Positions 29,022-39,067 are shown, counted from the first letter of the stretch. The stretch: DNA of 64,000 nt from an uncultured archaeon (GCA_964619365.1 CAZUDQ010000002.1:1-64000), one strand, 5' to 3'. Notes: generated by a model not told the origin, from the sequence alone. Numbers and translations are program-made.

Positions 29022-29600
29022 ATGCCCAAAAAACCCATTAAAAAACACAATAATTCCCCAGCTGGCAGAGTGCATACAGTAAAACTAAGGTCCTCCCAGG
29101 AGCTTGTAAAAGAAAGACATGGAGCCCTTGGAGAACGTGCTCTTAAATGTGTACCCCATTCTCTTAAAGAAGATGCCGCCCGGGCGATAATCATTCATGG
29201 GGGGGATGCATTAAGTCCCATAACAGAGTTCCGCACCCCTTTTGTAAACGTTATAACTACTCACGGCAAAGATGCCATTGAAATCGCCAAAGAGCATGGG
29301 AAACATGGCATTGGCGCGGCCAATCTTGGTGGGCGGGATGCAATAATTGCCATGCGGCGTGATGGTAATCAAGCGGCGCGTGTTATCATTGAACGAGCAA
29401 AAACCAAGGAACAAGGGAAAATAATCTCAAAACAGATAAAGACTTATGGCACTGATGCATTAGTCGCAATTGATATCTATGGCATTCCTGCGGCAAGAGC
29501 AATAGATAAAGGCGGGGTAAGTGCGATTAAAGCAATACAATCAAAGGGCGATGCGGGGATAAAAGAATTCGTCCCAACCTTTAGGATGCCTAAGGACTAA
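29022..29600 (+). CDS. Basic orphan protein with ~11-aa [HY]G.DA helical repeats
   Basis: MPKKPIKK start; IIHGGDAL, TTHGKDAI, KEHGKHGI, KTYGTDAL, DIYGIPAA, DKGGVSAI. Confidence 0.65.
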   Translation: MPKKPIKKHNNSPAGRVHTVKLRSSQELVKERHGALGERALKCVPHSLKEDAARAIIIHGGDALSPITEFRTPFVNVITTHGKDAIEIAKEHGKHGIGAANLGGRDAIIAMRRDGNQAARVIIERAKTKEQGKIISKQIKTYGTDALVAIDIYGIPAARAIDKGGVSAIKAIQSKGDAGIKEFVPTFRMPKD

Positions 29601-30643
29601 GTTAATACCTCACCAGTTCTTTTTTCCTTAAAGGCGCGCTTGACTTCCTGAGCAATTCTTCCTCCTGTTGTCAGATTCGGTTCTATAAGCTCTGAATAAG
29701 GCGAACTAGGTATTGATACATTAGTTCCGGCAACGATTCTTGCGCTGATTTCAAAAGCATAGATGTTAAGGTCCTTATCAATTATGCACTCCAGACAAAA
29801 AGGTCCCCACAGGCCGCCGAATAGCTCAAAGCTCTTATCAACCGCTCGCGCCCCCATATCAAGGACTTTTGGGAGAAGCGACTCCCTAAGGACAAGTTCA
29901 ACATTGCCGGTTACTGTAAATCCCGGTGTTATGCCTGCTTCTGCTAGCTCTTTTGGGCTTCCAAGTTTGGAAATCTCATCAATATCAGACTCAACGCGCC
30001 TGTCCATCCCAAGAAGCTGCAGACAGCCCTTTCTTGAGGGTAGCGCGTAACCTTCTTCCTTAGACATCAGAGGCGAGAAGAAGAAATGGAAGTAGAACCG
30101 CGTTCCGGGGATAAACTCCTGAATCGTGAATTTCTCAGTTCTATCGACGTTTTTGTCAAAATCAGCCTTGCTCTTTGCAATAAAAAATCCACGCCCGCCC
30201 TTTGCTCCATGGTATTTTACAATAACAGGGCCAGTTATCTCTTTTGGCTCCTTTATTTCCTTGGGCATAAGGATTCTTGCACCTTCAAGCCAGCTTCGCT
30301 CAATTTCCCGGTCTGATTCCCAATCAAGAACCTTTTTGTTCCCGTAAACTGGCACCTTTAGCTTCTGGAAGTTCTTTGCCCCCATATACTCGACAAAAGA
30401 GCCATGGGGGATTATCACCGCGTTTTTTTGGATAAGTTCCTCTTCAATTTCTGGTTTAAGGAGATCAAGGTAACTGTCAAGAACTATGAATTCATCAGGT
30501 TTTGCAAGCGGGAATGCGTCATAGAATTTTGGCACTTCCTTTAGGCAGATGCCAAGCGTCCTTAGACCTTCCTTTTTTGCACCATAAAATATTTGGAGCG
30601 ATGAGTGGGAGCAAACGGTTGCAATTGTTGGTGATTTTGTCAT
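29597..30643 (-). CDS. purP: PurP-family FAICAR synthetase (ATP-grasp)
   Basis: IATVCSHSSLQI, IPHGSFVEY, GAKGGRG, GPFCLE, FEISARIVAGTN. Confidence 0.9.
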   Translation of the reverse strand: MTKSPTIATVCSHSSLQIFYGAKKEGLRTLGICLKEVPKFYDAFPLAKPDEFIVLDSYLDLLKPEIEEELIQKNAVIIPHGSFVEYMGAKNFQKLKVPVYGNKKVLDWESDREIERSWLEGARILMPKEIKEPKEITGPVIVKYHGAKGGRGFFIAKSKADFDKNVDRTEKFTIQEFIPGTRFYFHFFFSPLMSKEEGYALPSRKGCLQLLGMDRRVESDIDEISKLGSPKELAEAGITPGFTVTGNVELVLRESLLPKVLDMGARAVDKSFELFGGLWGPFCLECIIDKDLNIYAFEISARIVAGTNVSIPSSPYSELIEPNLTTGGRIAQEVKRAFKEKRTGEVLT

Positions 30644-30679
30644 TTTAAGCTTGACGTGTGTAACACTCGCACATCCGAG

Positions 30680-31801
30680 TCATGTGACTATCTCGTTCAT
30701 GCGACCTTCTTTTAAAGCGCGTTTGATTTCCATCGAGATTCTTCTCCCGACACTTATCTCCTGGCCGTGCAAGTACCCTGAATATGGTGTGAATTTTGTG
30801 CCTGGCGAGCCCTGCACTCTCATGCTGACATCAAAAGTTATCGCTTTCTCCTTTGGCGGCCCTGGGATAAACGTCGCCTGCAAGGCAAAAGGACCTATGA
30901 TTCCTGGATCATAGTGTTTCCTGCTCGCCTCGACAAAACGCTCGCCAAGCTCAAATACCTGCTCTAAAAGCGATTCTTTCATCGTGCACGCAACGTGTCC
31001 TGCCTCAATGTTTTGGCACTCGACGTTCTTTAAGGCTTCAATCTGCCGTGGCGCAGGGAGCCTAAGGAAGCCGTCGAGATTCGTCTGGCGGCGCATGTCA
31101 GTCCCTAACAGCTCTAGTTCGTCATTTAAGGGTGAATAGAAATAATTGAAGTTAACCTGTGCGCCAAGCACAAATTCTTCGATTACAGCCTTTTCTAGAC
31201 CTTCAGCATTAATCCTTCCTGTGTTTATCAATTCCTCTGATTTCTCGAGGTATTCTTCGTAGCTTGAGGCAAGGAAGAACGCGCGTTCATAGCTGCGCTC
31301 GGCCTCAGCGACCTTTACAAGTACGAGTTTATCAATCTTTTCAGGCGAGGGATAAGTCTCAGGGAAGGGGATTCCGGCTTCTTTCATGAGCCAGTACTGG
31401 TTTTTTGGCACATCTCGCTCTTCTGCGCGCAACATGTTCCTTGAGCCAAATAACGGGACGTCAAACTTGTTTTCTATGTCTTCATACCCGACATATACTT
31501 CAAAGGAGCGATGTGGTAGGAAAATCGTATTCTTTGAGTTTAGTTTGTCCAACGTAGCCTTATTCGTGATTTCATTGAATTTATCAAGGATTATCGTCTC
31601 ATCTACAATACCAAGCTCTCCACGGGTTTTATAATACTTATCATAAGTCTTTTCTCTGCCCTTTTGGCAGACGACAAGGGTGTTTAACCCTTCATCTTTT
31701 GCCCCGCGGCAGATGTCTAAGGCCGAGTGGCTGCCAAGACTGCCGATTGTTGCTGTCTTGTAATTCTTTGCACTTGCCCTGATATCTTTTGTTGAGATCA
31801 T
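30680..31801 (-). CDS. purP: PurP-like paralog (ATP-grasp)
   Basis: IGSLGSHSALDICRGAKDEG, ERAFF, RRQTNLDG, IGPFALQ. Confidence 0.85.
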   Translation of the reverse strand: MISTKDIRASAKNYKTATIGSLGSHSALDICRGAKDEGLNTLVVCQKGREKTYDKYYKTRGELGIVDETIILDKFNEITNKATLDKLNSKNTIFLPHRSFEVYVGYEDIENKFDVPLFGSRNMLRAEERDVPKNQYWLMKEAGIPFPETYPSPEKIDKLVLVKVAEAERSYERAFFLASSYEEYLEKSEELINTGRINAEGLEKAVIEEFVLGAQVNFNYFYSPLNDELELLGTDMRRQTNLDGFLRLPAPRQIEALKNVECQNIEAGHVACTMKESLLEQVFELGERFVEASRKHYDPGIIGPFALQATFIPGPPKEKAITFDVSMRVQGSPGTKFTPYSGYLHGQEISVGRRISMEIKRALKEGRMNEIVT

Positions 31802-32235
31802 TTTACAGTTATGAAAAGCTCTTTATCGGCCATTCCGTCCCCGTTTACGTCAAAGCCTATTGAGAATTTACCTTCTTCACCCTGCGACGCTATGGCAAAC
31901 TCCTTGTCAACCGTCTCTTTTGATCCAACGCCCTCAATTGAATATTCTGTTTCCGATTCTGCCTTAAGGTTTGGCGAGACTATCATAGTTATTTTTACAG
32001 GACGCGTGACTGTGCCCTCATTTGTTAAGGCCACCGCAATCTTATCCTCCTGATAAGTGTTTATCGCGTCTGAACTAAGCTTAAAACAAACTTTAAGGTC
32101 ACCTGATTGCATACACTCACCCTCAATTGCCTGTGTTATTATCCCAGCAACAACAATTGCCACAACAACAATCACAATAATGAGCGAAAGCGTGCCGATA
32201 TTTTTCCACTTTACTCGTTTTATCGCATGGGTCAT
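31798..32235 (-). CDS. Membrane-anchored protein with Ig/CARDB-like domain
   Basis: N-terminal TM followed by beta-rich domain; overlaps both neighbours (ATGA). Confidence 0.7.
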   Translation of the reverse strand: MTHAIKRVKWKNIGTLSLIIVIVVVAIVVAGIITQAIEGECMQSGDLKVCFKLSSDAINTYQEDKIAVALTNEGTVTRPVKITMIVSPNLKAESETEYSIEGVGSKETVDKEFAIASQGEEGKFSIGFDVNGDGMADKELFITVK

Positions 32236-33128
32236 TCTTCATTAGTTGTCACATAACTTACAATAAGTTTGCCTTCTGCAGTCGAATTAAGATAGCGCGA
32301 ATCAGAAATTTTGGCAGTAAGGGTATAAGTCCCTTCAACTGTGTCTGGGGACGTTTGTACGCCTAAGAACGGCTCGCGTATCTCCCCAGGCAACATATCC
32401 CCGATATCTATGACTACAGTTTCACTTTCAAAGGTGGGGTCAGTGCCTTGCGGGTCTGTGAAAAATATTCCAGAGCCTTCAGGAGCGTTTGCGACAAGTA
32501 CAATATCCTCTATCATCTCGTTATGTGTATTTACGACTTCTACCCTTAGGCCTGCGCTACCCCCAGGGGGCGTTCCAAATTCTGGAACAACAGACGCGCT
32601 CATCTGTAGGTCAATATGCACAAGTTCCCAGGTTTCTTCATTAGTCTCTACTCCGTTGGCGATTATTACTCCGATTACAGCAATGACCGCAATGACGATA
32701 AGTATAAGGAAGATACCATTAGATCCTATGGATTCAAGCACCTTTTTTTCTGCACTCTTTATTTCGATTTCCTCGATTTCAACAGGGTCGCTGCTAAGCG
32801 ATTTGTCGTTTGCCCGCGTTTTATCATATGCTTCTTGCTTTTGGAGGGTACGTATAAGGGGCTTTTCCTTTATCTGGAGGATTTTAGCATCCATCAGCCT
32901 AATTTTTTCCTCGTACTCAAAGATTTTGTCCTGGGCTTCCTTTTCCCCTATCTTCTTTTTGTAAAACGAAATCTTGATATGCTCAATTGTCTTCATGAGA
33001 CGCAGGCGTTCTGCTTCAAGCTCACTAAGTTTTTGTTCAAGGCGATGCCGGTGTCTGCCTGAAGTCAGCATCAAAAAAGCCACAAAAAGGGCCGAACACA
33101 CAAGGACGATTGTAAGGATGATATCCAT
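32232..33128 (-). CDS. Two-TM protein with coiled coil and Ig-like domain
   Basis: TM, charged coiled coil, TM, then IGDMLPGE...GTYTL beta domain. Confidence 0.7.
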   Translation of the reverse strand: MDIILTIVLVCSALFVAFLMLTSGRHRHRLEQKLSELEAERLRLMKTIEHIKISFYKKKIGEKEAQDKIFEYEEKIRLMDAKILQIKEKPLIRTLQKQEAYDKTRANDKSLSSDPVEIEEIEIKSAEKKVLESIGSNGIFLILIVIAVIAVIGVIIANGVETNEETWELVHIDLQMSASVVPEFGTPPGGSAGLRVEVVNTHNEMIEDIVLVANAPEGSGIFFTDPQGTDPTFESETVVIDIGDMLPGEIREPFLGVQTSPDTVEGTYTLTAKISDSRYLNSTAEGKLIVSYVTTNEE

Positions 33129-33186
33129 TATATAATTTTAAGGGCGCAGATGATAAAAAAGAATCTCTAAAGGATTAAAAGAATCG

Positions 33187-33417
33187 CTATATAAGGACTT
33201 CCTGGAAAAGAAGGGCTATTGCTATAAGCATGATACCCCCAGAAAGTCCGATTACATTCCTTTCAACCATACCCCATAGCGATAGTACGGCTCCAATCAT
33301 AAGGAAAACAGGTGGAAGGACTTCCATCTGATCACCGACAAAAAACATAAATGCAAGTATCAGTATGAAAAAAGCTATAAGCACCTCGTAAACATAACCT
33401 TCACCTCTTTTGTTCAT
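33187..33417 (-). CDS. Small three-TM protein with possible class III (pilin-like) signal
   Basis: MNKRG-EGYVYEVLIAFFIL; hydrophobic segments. Confidence 0.6.
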   Translation of the reverse strand: MNKRGEGYVYEVLIAFFILILAFMFFVGDQMEVLPPVFLMIGAVLSLWGMVERNVIGLSGGIMLIAIALLFQEVLI

Positions 33418-33452
33418 TCTTAACAAAGTTAATTAGTTAAGACTAAAAAACC

Positions 33453-34595
33453 TTACTTTAGAATGCCCTTCACTTTTGACATGCGGTTAAAGGCGGTTTT
33501 TAGGTCGTCAACACTGGCATTCCCATAGCTTATCCTTATGCATTCGCGCCCTTTTGGACCAAAGGGAGAACCAGGAACCGTTCCCACGCCGTTTTCAAGG
33601 AAAGATTCTGCGAGTGCAACGTCGTCCTTGCCCTCAAAATACGGGAAAACATAAAATGCGCCTTTGGGAGTTTTGCAGTCACAGTCAAATTCTGCCAGAC
33701 GCTCCATTGAGTAATCTCTGCGCTTTTTGAACTCAGCAACCATCTCTTCCTGCGCCTTTTTTGCCTCTTCAGTAAATGCCGCAAGCGCGCCATACTGGGC
33801 GAATGTCACCGGGTTTGAAACAGACTGCTGCTGTAAGACATTGATTTTTTCTATTATGTCAAACTCAGGACAGGCGACATAACCAAGGCGCCACCCGGTC
33901 ATGGAAAAAGGCTTTGAGAATGCATTTACAGTTAGTGTCTTTTCGTATTCTGAGCCAGGACTCCAGTGTTCTGCATCATATCTTATCGCATCATAACATT
34001 CATCAGATATAATCCACATATCATTTGCCCGGGCGATTTTGACTATGTCCTTTAGAATTTTTTTAGGATATACGGCCCCTGTCGGATTGTTCGGACTGTT
34101 TAAAACTAAGATTTTTGCGTGGGAGGAATCAAGGGCGGAGAGGAACTCATCATCAGGAATAAAGCCGTTTTCATGCGAAAGCGGCAGCCAGGAGACTTCG
34201 CCTTCTGCAAGCTTGACCATGCTCTCATAACTTACCCATGACGGATCTGGAAGCGCGACTTTGTCCCCTTTATCAATCATAACCTGGAAAATCTCATAAA
34301 GGATGTGTTTTGCGCCCATCCCGATAACAATCTTTTCAGCATCAATCTCCTTTATCTGGTTTTCGGCAGTGAGCTTATCTGCAATCTTCTCTCTTAGTTC
34401 AGGCAGCCCTTTTGAGGCATCATAATGATGCTTTCCTTCCTTTAATGCCTTTATTGCCGCATCAACTATGCACTTGGGGGTGTCAAAACCAGGGCGTCCC
34501 AGCGTTAAGTTTATAGTACCTTCCTTTTTTGCGAGCGTAGAATACCTAAATGTCGCAGAAGGTGGAACGTCAAGGATTCGTTTTGCAAATTTCAT
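33453..34595 (-). CDS. PLP-dependent class I aminotransferase (AspC-like)
   Basis: NSPNNPTG, ISDECY, FSKPFSMTGWRLGY, GAFY. Confidence 0.93.
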   Translation of the reverse strand: MKFAKRILDVPPSATFRYSTLAKKEGTINLTLGRPGFDTPKCIVDAAIKALKEGKHHYDASKGLPELREKIADKLTAENQIKEIDAEKIVIGMGAKHILYEIFQVMIDKGDKVALPDPSWVSYESMVKLAEGEVSWLPLSHENGFIPDDEFLSALDSSHAKILVLNSPNNPTGAVYPKKILKDIVKIARANDMWIISDECYDAIRYDAEHWSPGSEYEKTLTVNAFSKPFSMTGWRLGYVACPEFDIIEKINVLQQQSVSNPVTFAQYGALAAFTEEAKKAQEEMVAEFKKRRDYSMERLAEFDCDCKTPKGAFYVFPYFEGKDDVALAESFLENGVGTVPGSPFGPKGRECIRISYGNASVDDLKTAFNRMSKVKGILK

Positions 34596-34762
34596 CTCGT
34601 TGTTACCTCAAACTCTACAAGGGGAATTCTTGGCAAGGGTCAATAAAAATGAGCCTCTTTCTTAGGTATTTTAACAGATATTCTTGCGCATTAATACATG
34701 TTCTAAAACACATGCTTCTAAACAAATATGTTTAAAAATAAAGAAAACAGTAAGGAGGACGC

Positions 34763-35386
34763 TTACTCAAAGCGCGCGGCGACTTTACCGCGCAGCTTCT
34801 CAGCACCCTTACCTTTGTTTCTAAGTCCTCTGCCTTTCTTGCCTGCAGGAGTTTTCCCCCTGAATGCCCTGCCAGAGTGCTTATTAGAACAAATCCAGTT
34901 GATTTCCTTGCATGACTTGACATGAGGGTTTGATGTATCGACAAGAATTACTTCAAAGTATTTGTATTGTCCGTCTTCCCAGGCCCAGTACGATGCCAGG
35001 ACTTCACAGTTCGGGAATTTCCTTGATGCACGCTCTTCAGCCAGAACCTGCTTGCTCTTGTCAAGGATTGCATAATCATATTCTTTTGAGGGCTTACGTC
35101 CACCTGAGGTCTGGCGACGCTTTCTCCCACCTTTTCCAACACGTACGATACAAGCGACAAAACCTGGTTTGTCTTTATATCCCAATTCACGTGCGCGCCA
35201 AGTCTTAAGGGGCTTATCCTCTTTTGTTATGACGTCTCCATGACGGAAAACGCGGCATCTTTCTATCCAAACGCCCCTAAGCTCTGCTATAAGCTCTTTA
35301 TACTGTGCAGGGTTTGTCTTCTTTAAAGCCAAGACCGACTTTCTTTTTTTCGGCTCGATTGCCGTTAAGAATTTTTTCTCATCCAT
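34763..35386 (-). CDS. rpl15e: 50S ribosomal protein L15e with N-terminal extension
   Basis: ARELGYKDKPG, AEERASRKFPNCEVLASYW, YKYFEVILVD, GRAFRGKTPAGKKGRGL; ATG at 35386. Confidence 0.95.
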   Translation of the reverse strand: MDEKKFLTAIEPKKRKSVLALKKTNPAQYKELIAELRGVWIERCRVFRHGDVITKEDKPLKTWRARELGYKDKPGFVACIVRVGKGGRKRRQTSGGRKPSKEYDYAILDKSKQVLAEERASRKFPNCEVLASYWAWEDGQYKYFEVILVDTSNPHVKSCKEINWICSNKHSGRAFRGKTPAGKKGRGLRNKGKGAEKLRGKVAARFE

Positions 35387-35399
35387 TGTTATTTTTTCT

Positions 35400-35451
35400 T
35401 TTGGTTCGAATCTGCAAATAATTGCAAGATTCACATTCCATACGGATTTGC
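35400..35451 (-). promoter_or_regulatory. Candidate structured 5' leader of rpl15e
   Basis: Minus-strand hairpin GAATC-T-TGCAA/TTGCA-GATTC extendable by TGG/CCA, about 15-55 nt upstream of the ATG. Confidence 0.45.
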
Positions 35452-35510
35452 TTTATTCTTTATCTTAAAGAGATAGAGCGCTAAGTTTGAGCTAAGGAGT
35501 ATAAAAGCCT

Positions 35511-36908
35511 TTAGTCGCTTTCGACTATTATATTGTCGCCCTTTTTGCGGATTCGCGCCTTTGCAAAGAAGCGTTTCTTGCTCATTATGCCTTCAAGTTC
35601 GCCACCGCTTACAACGACTTTGGTGACTTCGCCTATTTCTTTGCCTTCTGCGTCAAGAATCTTTTTCCCCGCATATTTCTTTTCAAGCGACTCCTTTTTT
35701 GAGATATAGTCAAAGAAGATAATCTTTAGGAGATAATGAGTCACAAGGAGTGCGACCATGCTCACAAGCAAGGATATCAAAAGAGTCTGAACTGGATTCT
35801 TTGAAAGTGCGCTATCATAAAGCCCTTCAACAACAGCGTCAGGCTGTAGGTAAATCACCGACCAGTATATCGGCTGGGCCAGATAGGCAAGAAGTATCGC
35901 AAGGATGATAAGATAAATGTATTTTCTCATACCCAGGTAATTCTTTCTTAGGAAATTGTGTATCATAAAGCCCATTGCGGCTATTACAAGAGCCGCAAGC
36001 ATTAAGTCAAGTGCTGAAAAGTCGCTTCCTGAGCTTGAAAACAAAAAGAAGTTGAGTGCTATTGCAGGCTGAGTTGTAAGAACATCCCCAACGCTCGCCG
36101 GAGCATTAAAAGTCCCTGGCATTTGCATCACACCTAGATTCTCCTGAACCTGCAGGTAACCCGTGACTATTCCAAGCATGAATACTGCAATTGCAACAGC
36201 GTTAAATACCTTGTAGATATTGCCCTTGTTTATCATGGACTCGCCCACCTCATGGATTCCCGAGAAAAGCTGTTTGTCGTACCCGAATCCTTTTGCAAGA
36301 AGGTAAACACCGGCAAGAGCAAGTATTATTTCAAGTATCGGGAAGCCAAGCCATGACAAAAACACTATTGTGAAGATTAAAAGACCTGGCAGGCCAAAAA
36401 TCATCTTTGCCTGATGCGGGTTCTCACTTACTCTGTGGAAGAAATCCTGTAATTTTGAATATGCACTTTCAAGGCCGCGCGCGGCTTTCACATTGACACT
36501 TTTTACAGAGAGAATTTTAACCTCGCTTTGAATTACTGGGAGTATTTCGGCGTCCTCGACCCCGTCTGTTACAAAGACAACACCTTTTGGCTTGAATTTA
36601 TCAAGAACCCGTGAGAGCTGGTCTCCAAGCTTCCTATCACTTTTTACACCGACATCAATGTCGCCTGTCAGGGTCACGACCTCGACATCATTGTATTCCC
36701 TTTCGCATTCGCGTTTTGTCTTAACTGCCGCAAAAATAGCATTCGAGTCTGTGTCTTCGGGGTCTGATAAGGCAAGGCGCCGTGCCGCCTCCAGATTGGC
36801 TTCTTCGCCGATTATCGGTCCTGAGACTCCCGCTTTGACGCCAAGGTCATCATCACGGTCTATGCAAAGGACAAGGACGCATCCCTCCTTTGTTTTGACT
36901 AATGCCAT
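35511..36908 (-). CDS. DUF373 family membrane protein with C-terminal PRC-barrel-like tail
   Basis: LVLCIDRDDDLG..DPEDTDSNAIF..VTDGVED; tail GKKILDAEGKEIGEV. Confidence 0.85.
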   Translation of the reverse strand: MALVKTKEGCVLVLCIDRDDDLGVKAGVSGPIIGEEANLEAARRLALSDPEDTDSNAIFAAVKTKRECEREYNDVEVVTLTGDIDVGVKSDRKLGDQLSRVLDKFKPKGVVFVTDGVEDAEILPVIQSEVKILSVKSVNVKAARGLESAYSKLQDFFHRVSENPHQAKMIFGLPGLLIFTIVFLSWLGFPILEIILALAGVYLLAKGFGYDKQLFSGIHEVGESMINKGNIYKVFNAVAIAVFMLGIVTGYLQVQENLGVMQMPGTFNAPASVGDVLTTQPAIALNFFLFSSSGSDFSALDLMLAALVIAAMGFMIHNFLRKNYLGMRKYIYLIILAILLAYLAQPIYWSVIYLQPDAVVEGLYDSALSKNPVQTLLISLLVSMVALLVTHYLLKIIFFDYISKKESLEKKYAGKKILDAEGKEIGEVTKVVVSGGELEGIMSKKRFFAKARIRKKGDNIIVESD

Positions 36909-37020
36909 CTTTTATGCGCAATAATACTACCTACCTATTTTAAGTTATTGCAGTTAAAAAGCTGGCAATTAACCTCGTCCCTTTTTAAGTCTTTACGCTT
37001 AATTTTAACATAGGTTAAGA

Positions 37021-38052
37021 ATGGCAAGTGATAAGAGTTCAGGATACGCTAAAATTCGCCCCCCAACTAGCCAATCGGCAGACAGGGCGCGCGATGATGC
37101 CAATAAGATTATAATCCAGGGTCAAAAGCGCCCGATAACTCCGATGCAGATATTCGCATCATTCCTTCTTGCCGTTGTCATATACCTCTTTTTCAATTAC
37201 AGTTATGGGTTTACAGTGGTAACTTCTGCCTCCATTGCCATACTTTTCCTCCTCCTTTGCATATTCTCCTTTAGTGCTGTAGTCTTCCTTGAGACTTATG
37301 AGCGCGCAGTCGTACAGAGATTCGGAAAGTATGACAGGACCGCAGGACCTGGATGGACCGTAATTATTCCCGGAGTCGAGATATACAATGTTGTAGATAT
37401 CAGAGTCAAGACTCTTGATCTTTTGGGTTATGAGGCGATAACAAAAGATAACATAAGGCTGTACCTTGATGTGGTTGTCTATGCAAAGATAATAGATTCC
37501 TTTAAAGCGGTTCTTGAAGTCAAGAACGTAAACACTGCAATTCTTACATTCCTTCGCTCAATTACAAGAGAAACTGTCGGTAACTTGACAGCCGAAGAAG
37601 TGATATCAAACATCGCCAAAGTCAACGAGCTTTTAATCGGCGAGCGCGATCGTTTGAAAAAAGAATGGGGAGTTGACTTAATTTCAGTCGAAATACAGGA
37701 GATAACCCTTCCTGCAGAAGTCCAAGACAGCATGCACGACCTGCGGGCAGCAGAATACCAAAGACAAGTTGTCGAGCAAAAGGCCTTTGCAAGAGAAGCA
37801 CTCATCAACGCTATTGGCCGCGCTGCATCAAAGCTTGATAATCCAGCCCTTTCATATATGTACCTTGAGGCTATGAAGCAGGTTGCAGATGGCAAAGCTA
37901 CAAAGTTAATCTTCCCGATGGAGTTAACTCGCCTTGCAGAGTCTGTATCAAAAAACTTTGGCGAGGACAAGGACAAATTCCTGGCTGATATGATGAAGGC
38001 TTATCAGGAGACTGTTGCTAAGGACATGCCAAGCAAGCTTCCTAAGAAATAA
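37021..38052 (+). CDS. SPFH/band 7 (stomatin-like) protein
   Basis: ERAVVQRFGKY..GPG...IIP, VDIR, ITKDN, WGVDLISVEIQEI. Confidence 0.92.
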   Translation: MASDKSSGYAKIRPPTSQSADRARDDANKIIIQGQKRPITPMQIFASFLLAVVIYLFFNYSYGFTVVTSASIAILFLLLCIFSFSAVVFLETYERAVVQRFGKYDRTAGPGWTVIIPGVEIYNVVDIRVKTLDLLGYEAITKDNIRLYLDVVVYAKIIDSFKAVLEVKNVNTAILTFLRSITRETVGNLTAEEVISNIAKVNELLIGERDRLKKEWGVDLISVEIQEITLPAEVQDSMHDLRAAEYQRQVVEQKAFAREALINAIGRAASKLDNPALSYMYLEAMKQVADGKATKLIFPMELTRLAESVSKNFGEDKDKFLADMMKAYQETVAKDMPSKLPKK

Positions 38053-38084
38053 GCTTTAGCTCTTTTAAGCTATTTTTCTCTTAT

Positions 38085-39026
38085 TTATTCTTCAAGGGCT
38101 AGTGCCAGCCCTGAGACCTCTTTTAGATCCACAAGCTTCCCTTCAGAAATGATTGGTACTGGGAGTAGTTTGTTTTCAGGAGCTTCCCTTAGACTCACAC
38201 CACGCGGAGTGTCTTTCCAAAGCCTGCGCTCATCAAGTGAGGCAAAGAGTTCTTTTGCTTTTTTAGATTGGCTGCACGCAAGATTCTTTAGCTCAAAGTC
38301 GCCCATCAAAAGGAGCTCATTTAACTCTATTTGACCTTTGAGCTCTGATATGGCCTCAATAAGCATGGCATCGGCGATTTTTACGGTGTGATGGAAGTAG
38401 ACAGCCGAATGCATCTGGCGCCGTCCGACAAGAAGAGCTTCAAGGGCAATCACCCCCTTTTTCTCAAAGGCAATGCCAGCATTATCCAGTCTCATAGCAC
38501 TTATTATCCTGTCAGTATCGATTATCCCGTAAGCAACGCCGGTATAAAGGGCATCGCGTAGGAGGTAATCCATACGGTCGGCATCAATGGATGAGCTTAT
38601 TATTGCGCCTTTGCCTTTCCCTGAAAGGAACGAATCAATCTCATTTAATGAAAATCCTGAATCCTTTATTGCATCACCCAGTTCCCCGTTTAGCAAGAGC
38701 TTTAGATTATCCTCATGGTTGCAGGAAAAAAGGTTTTCAAGGGAATGGCTAAAGGGGAGGTGTCCGGCATCGTGGATTAGAGCCGCCACTCTTGCAGGAG
38801 TCTCTTCAATCCCCACTTGCTCTGCCATTTTCCCAGCAAGGTGCATAGTCCCAAGGGAATGTTCAAATCTCGTGTGATTGGCACCCGGATAGACAAGAGA
38901 ACAGAAGGAAAGCTGCTTTATGCGCCTTAGCCTTTGCATCTGGGGCGTATCGATTATTGCAGTTTCCTCAGGGGACGCTGTGATGTCTTTATGAACTGGA
39001 TCCCTAATAATCTTTGGCCCTTCCAT
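38085..39026 (-). CDS. HD-superfamily phosphohydrolase (COG1078, SAMHD1-like)
   Basis: IRDPVH, QRLRRIKQL, HTRFEHSLG, HDAGHLPFSH, DADRMDYL. Confidence 0.92.
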   Translation of the reverse strand: MEGPKIIRDPVHKDITASPEETAIIDTPQMQRLRRIKQLSFCSLVYPGANHTRFEHSLGTMHLAGKMAEQVGIEETPARVAALIHDAGHLPFSHSLENLFSCNHEDNLKLLLNGELGDAIKDSGFSLNEIDSFLSGKGKGAIISSSIDADRMDYLLRDALYTGVAYGIIDTDRIISAMRLDNAGIAFEKKGVIALEALLVGRRQMHSAVYFHHTVKIADAMLIEAISELKGQIELNELLLMGDFELKNLACSQSKKAKELFASLDERRLWKDTPRGVSLREAPENKLLPVPIISEGKLVDLKEVSGLALALEE

Positions 39027-39067
39027 TTTTATATTATTTTTATTACTGGAAACATAAATAGAAGACT

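Noticed and set aside
30659-30671. 13-bp match to the conserved C-terminal DNA of both giant genes
   Set aside because: Dozens of 13-mer matches are expected by chance in 64 kb.
35401-35412. GGTTCGAATC as a tRNA T-arm
   Set aside because: No cloverleaf can be built; it is one arm of the rpl15e leader hairpin.
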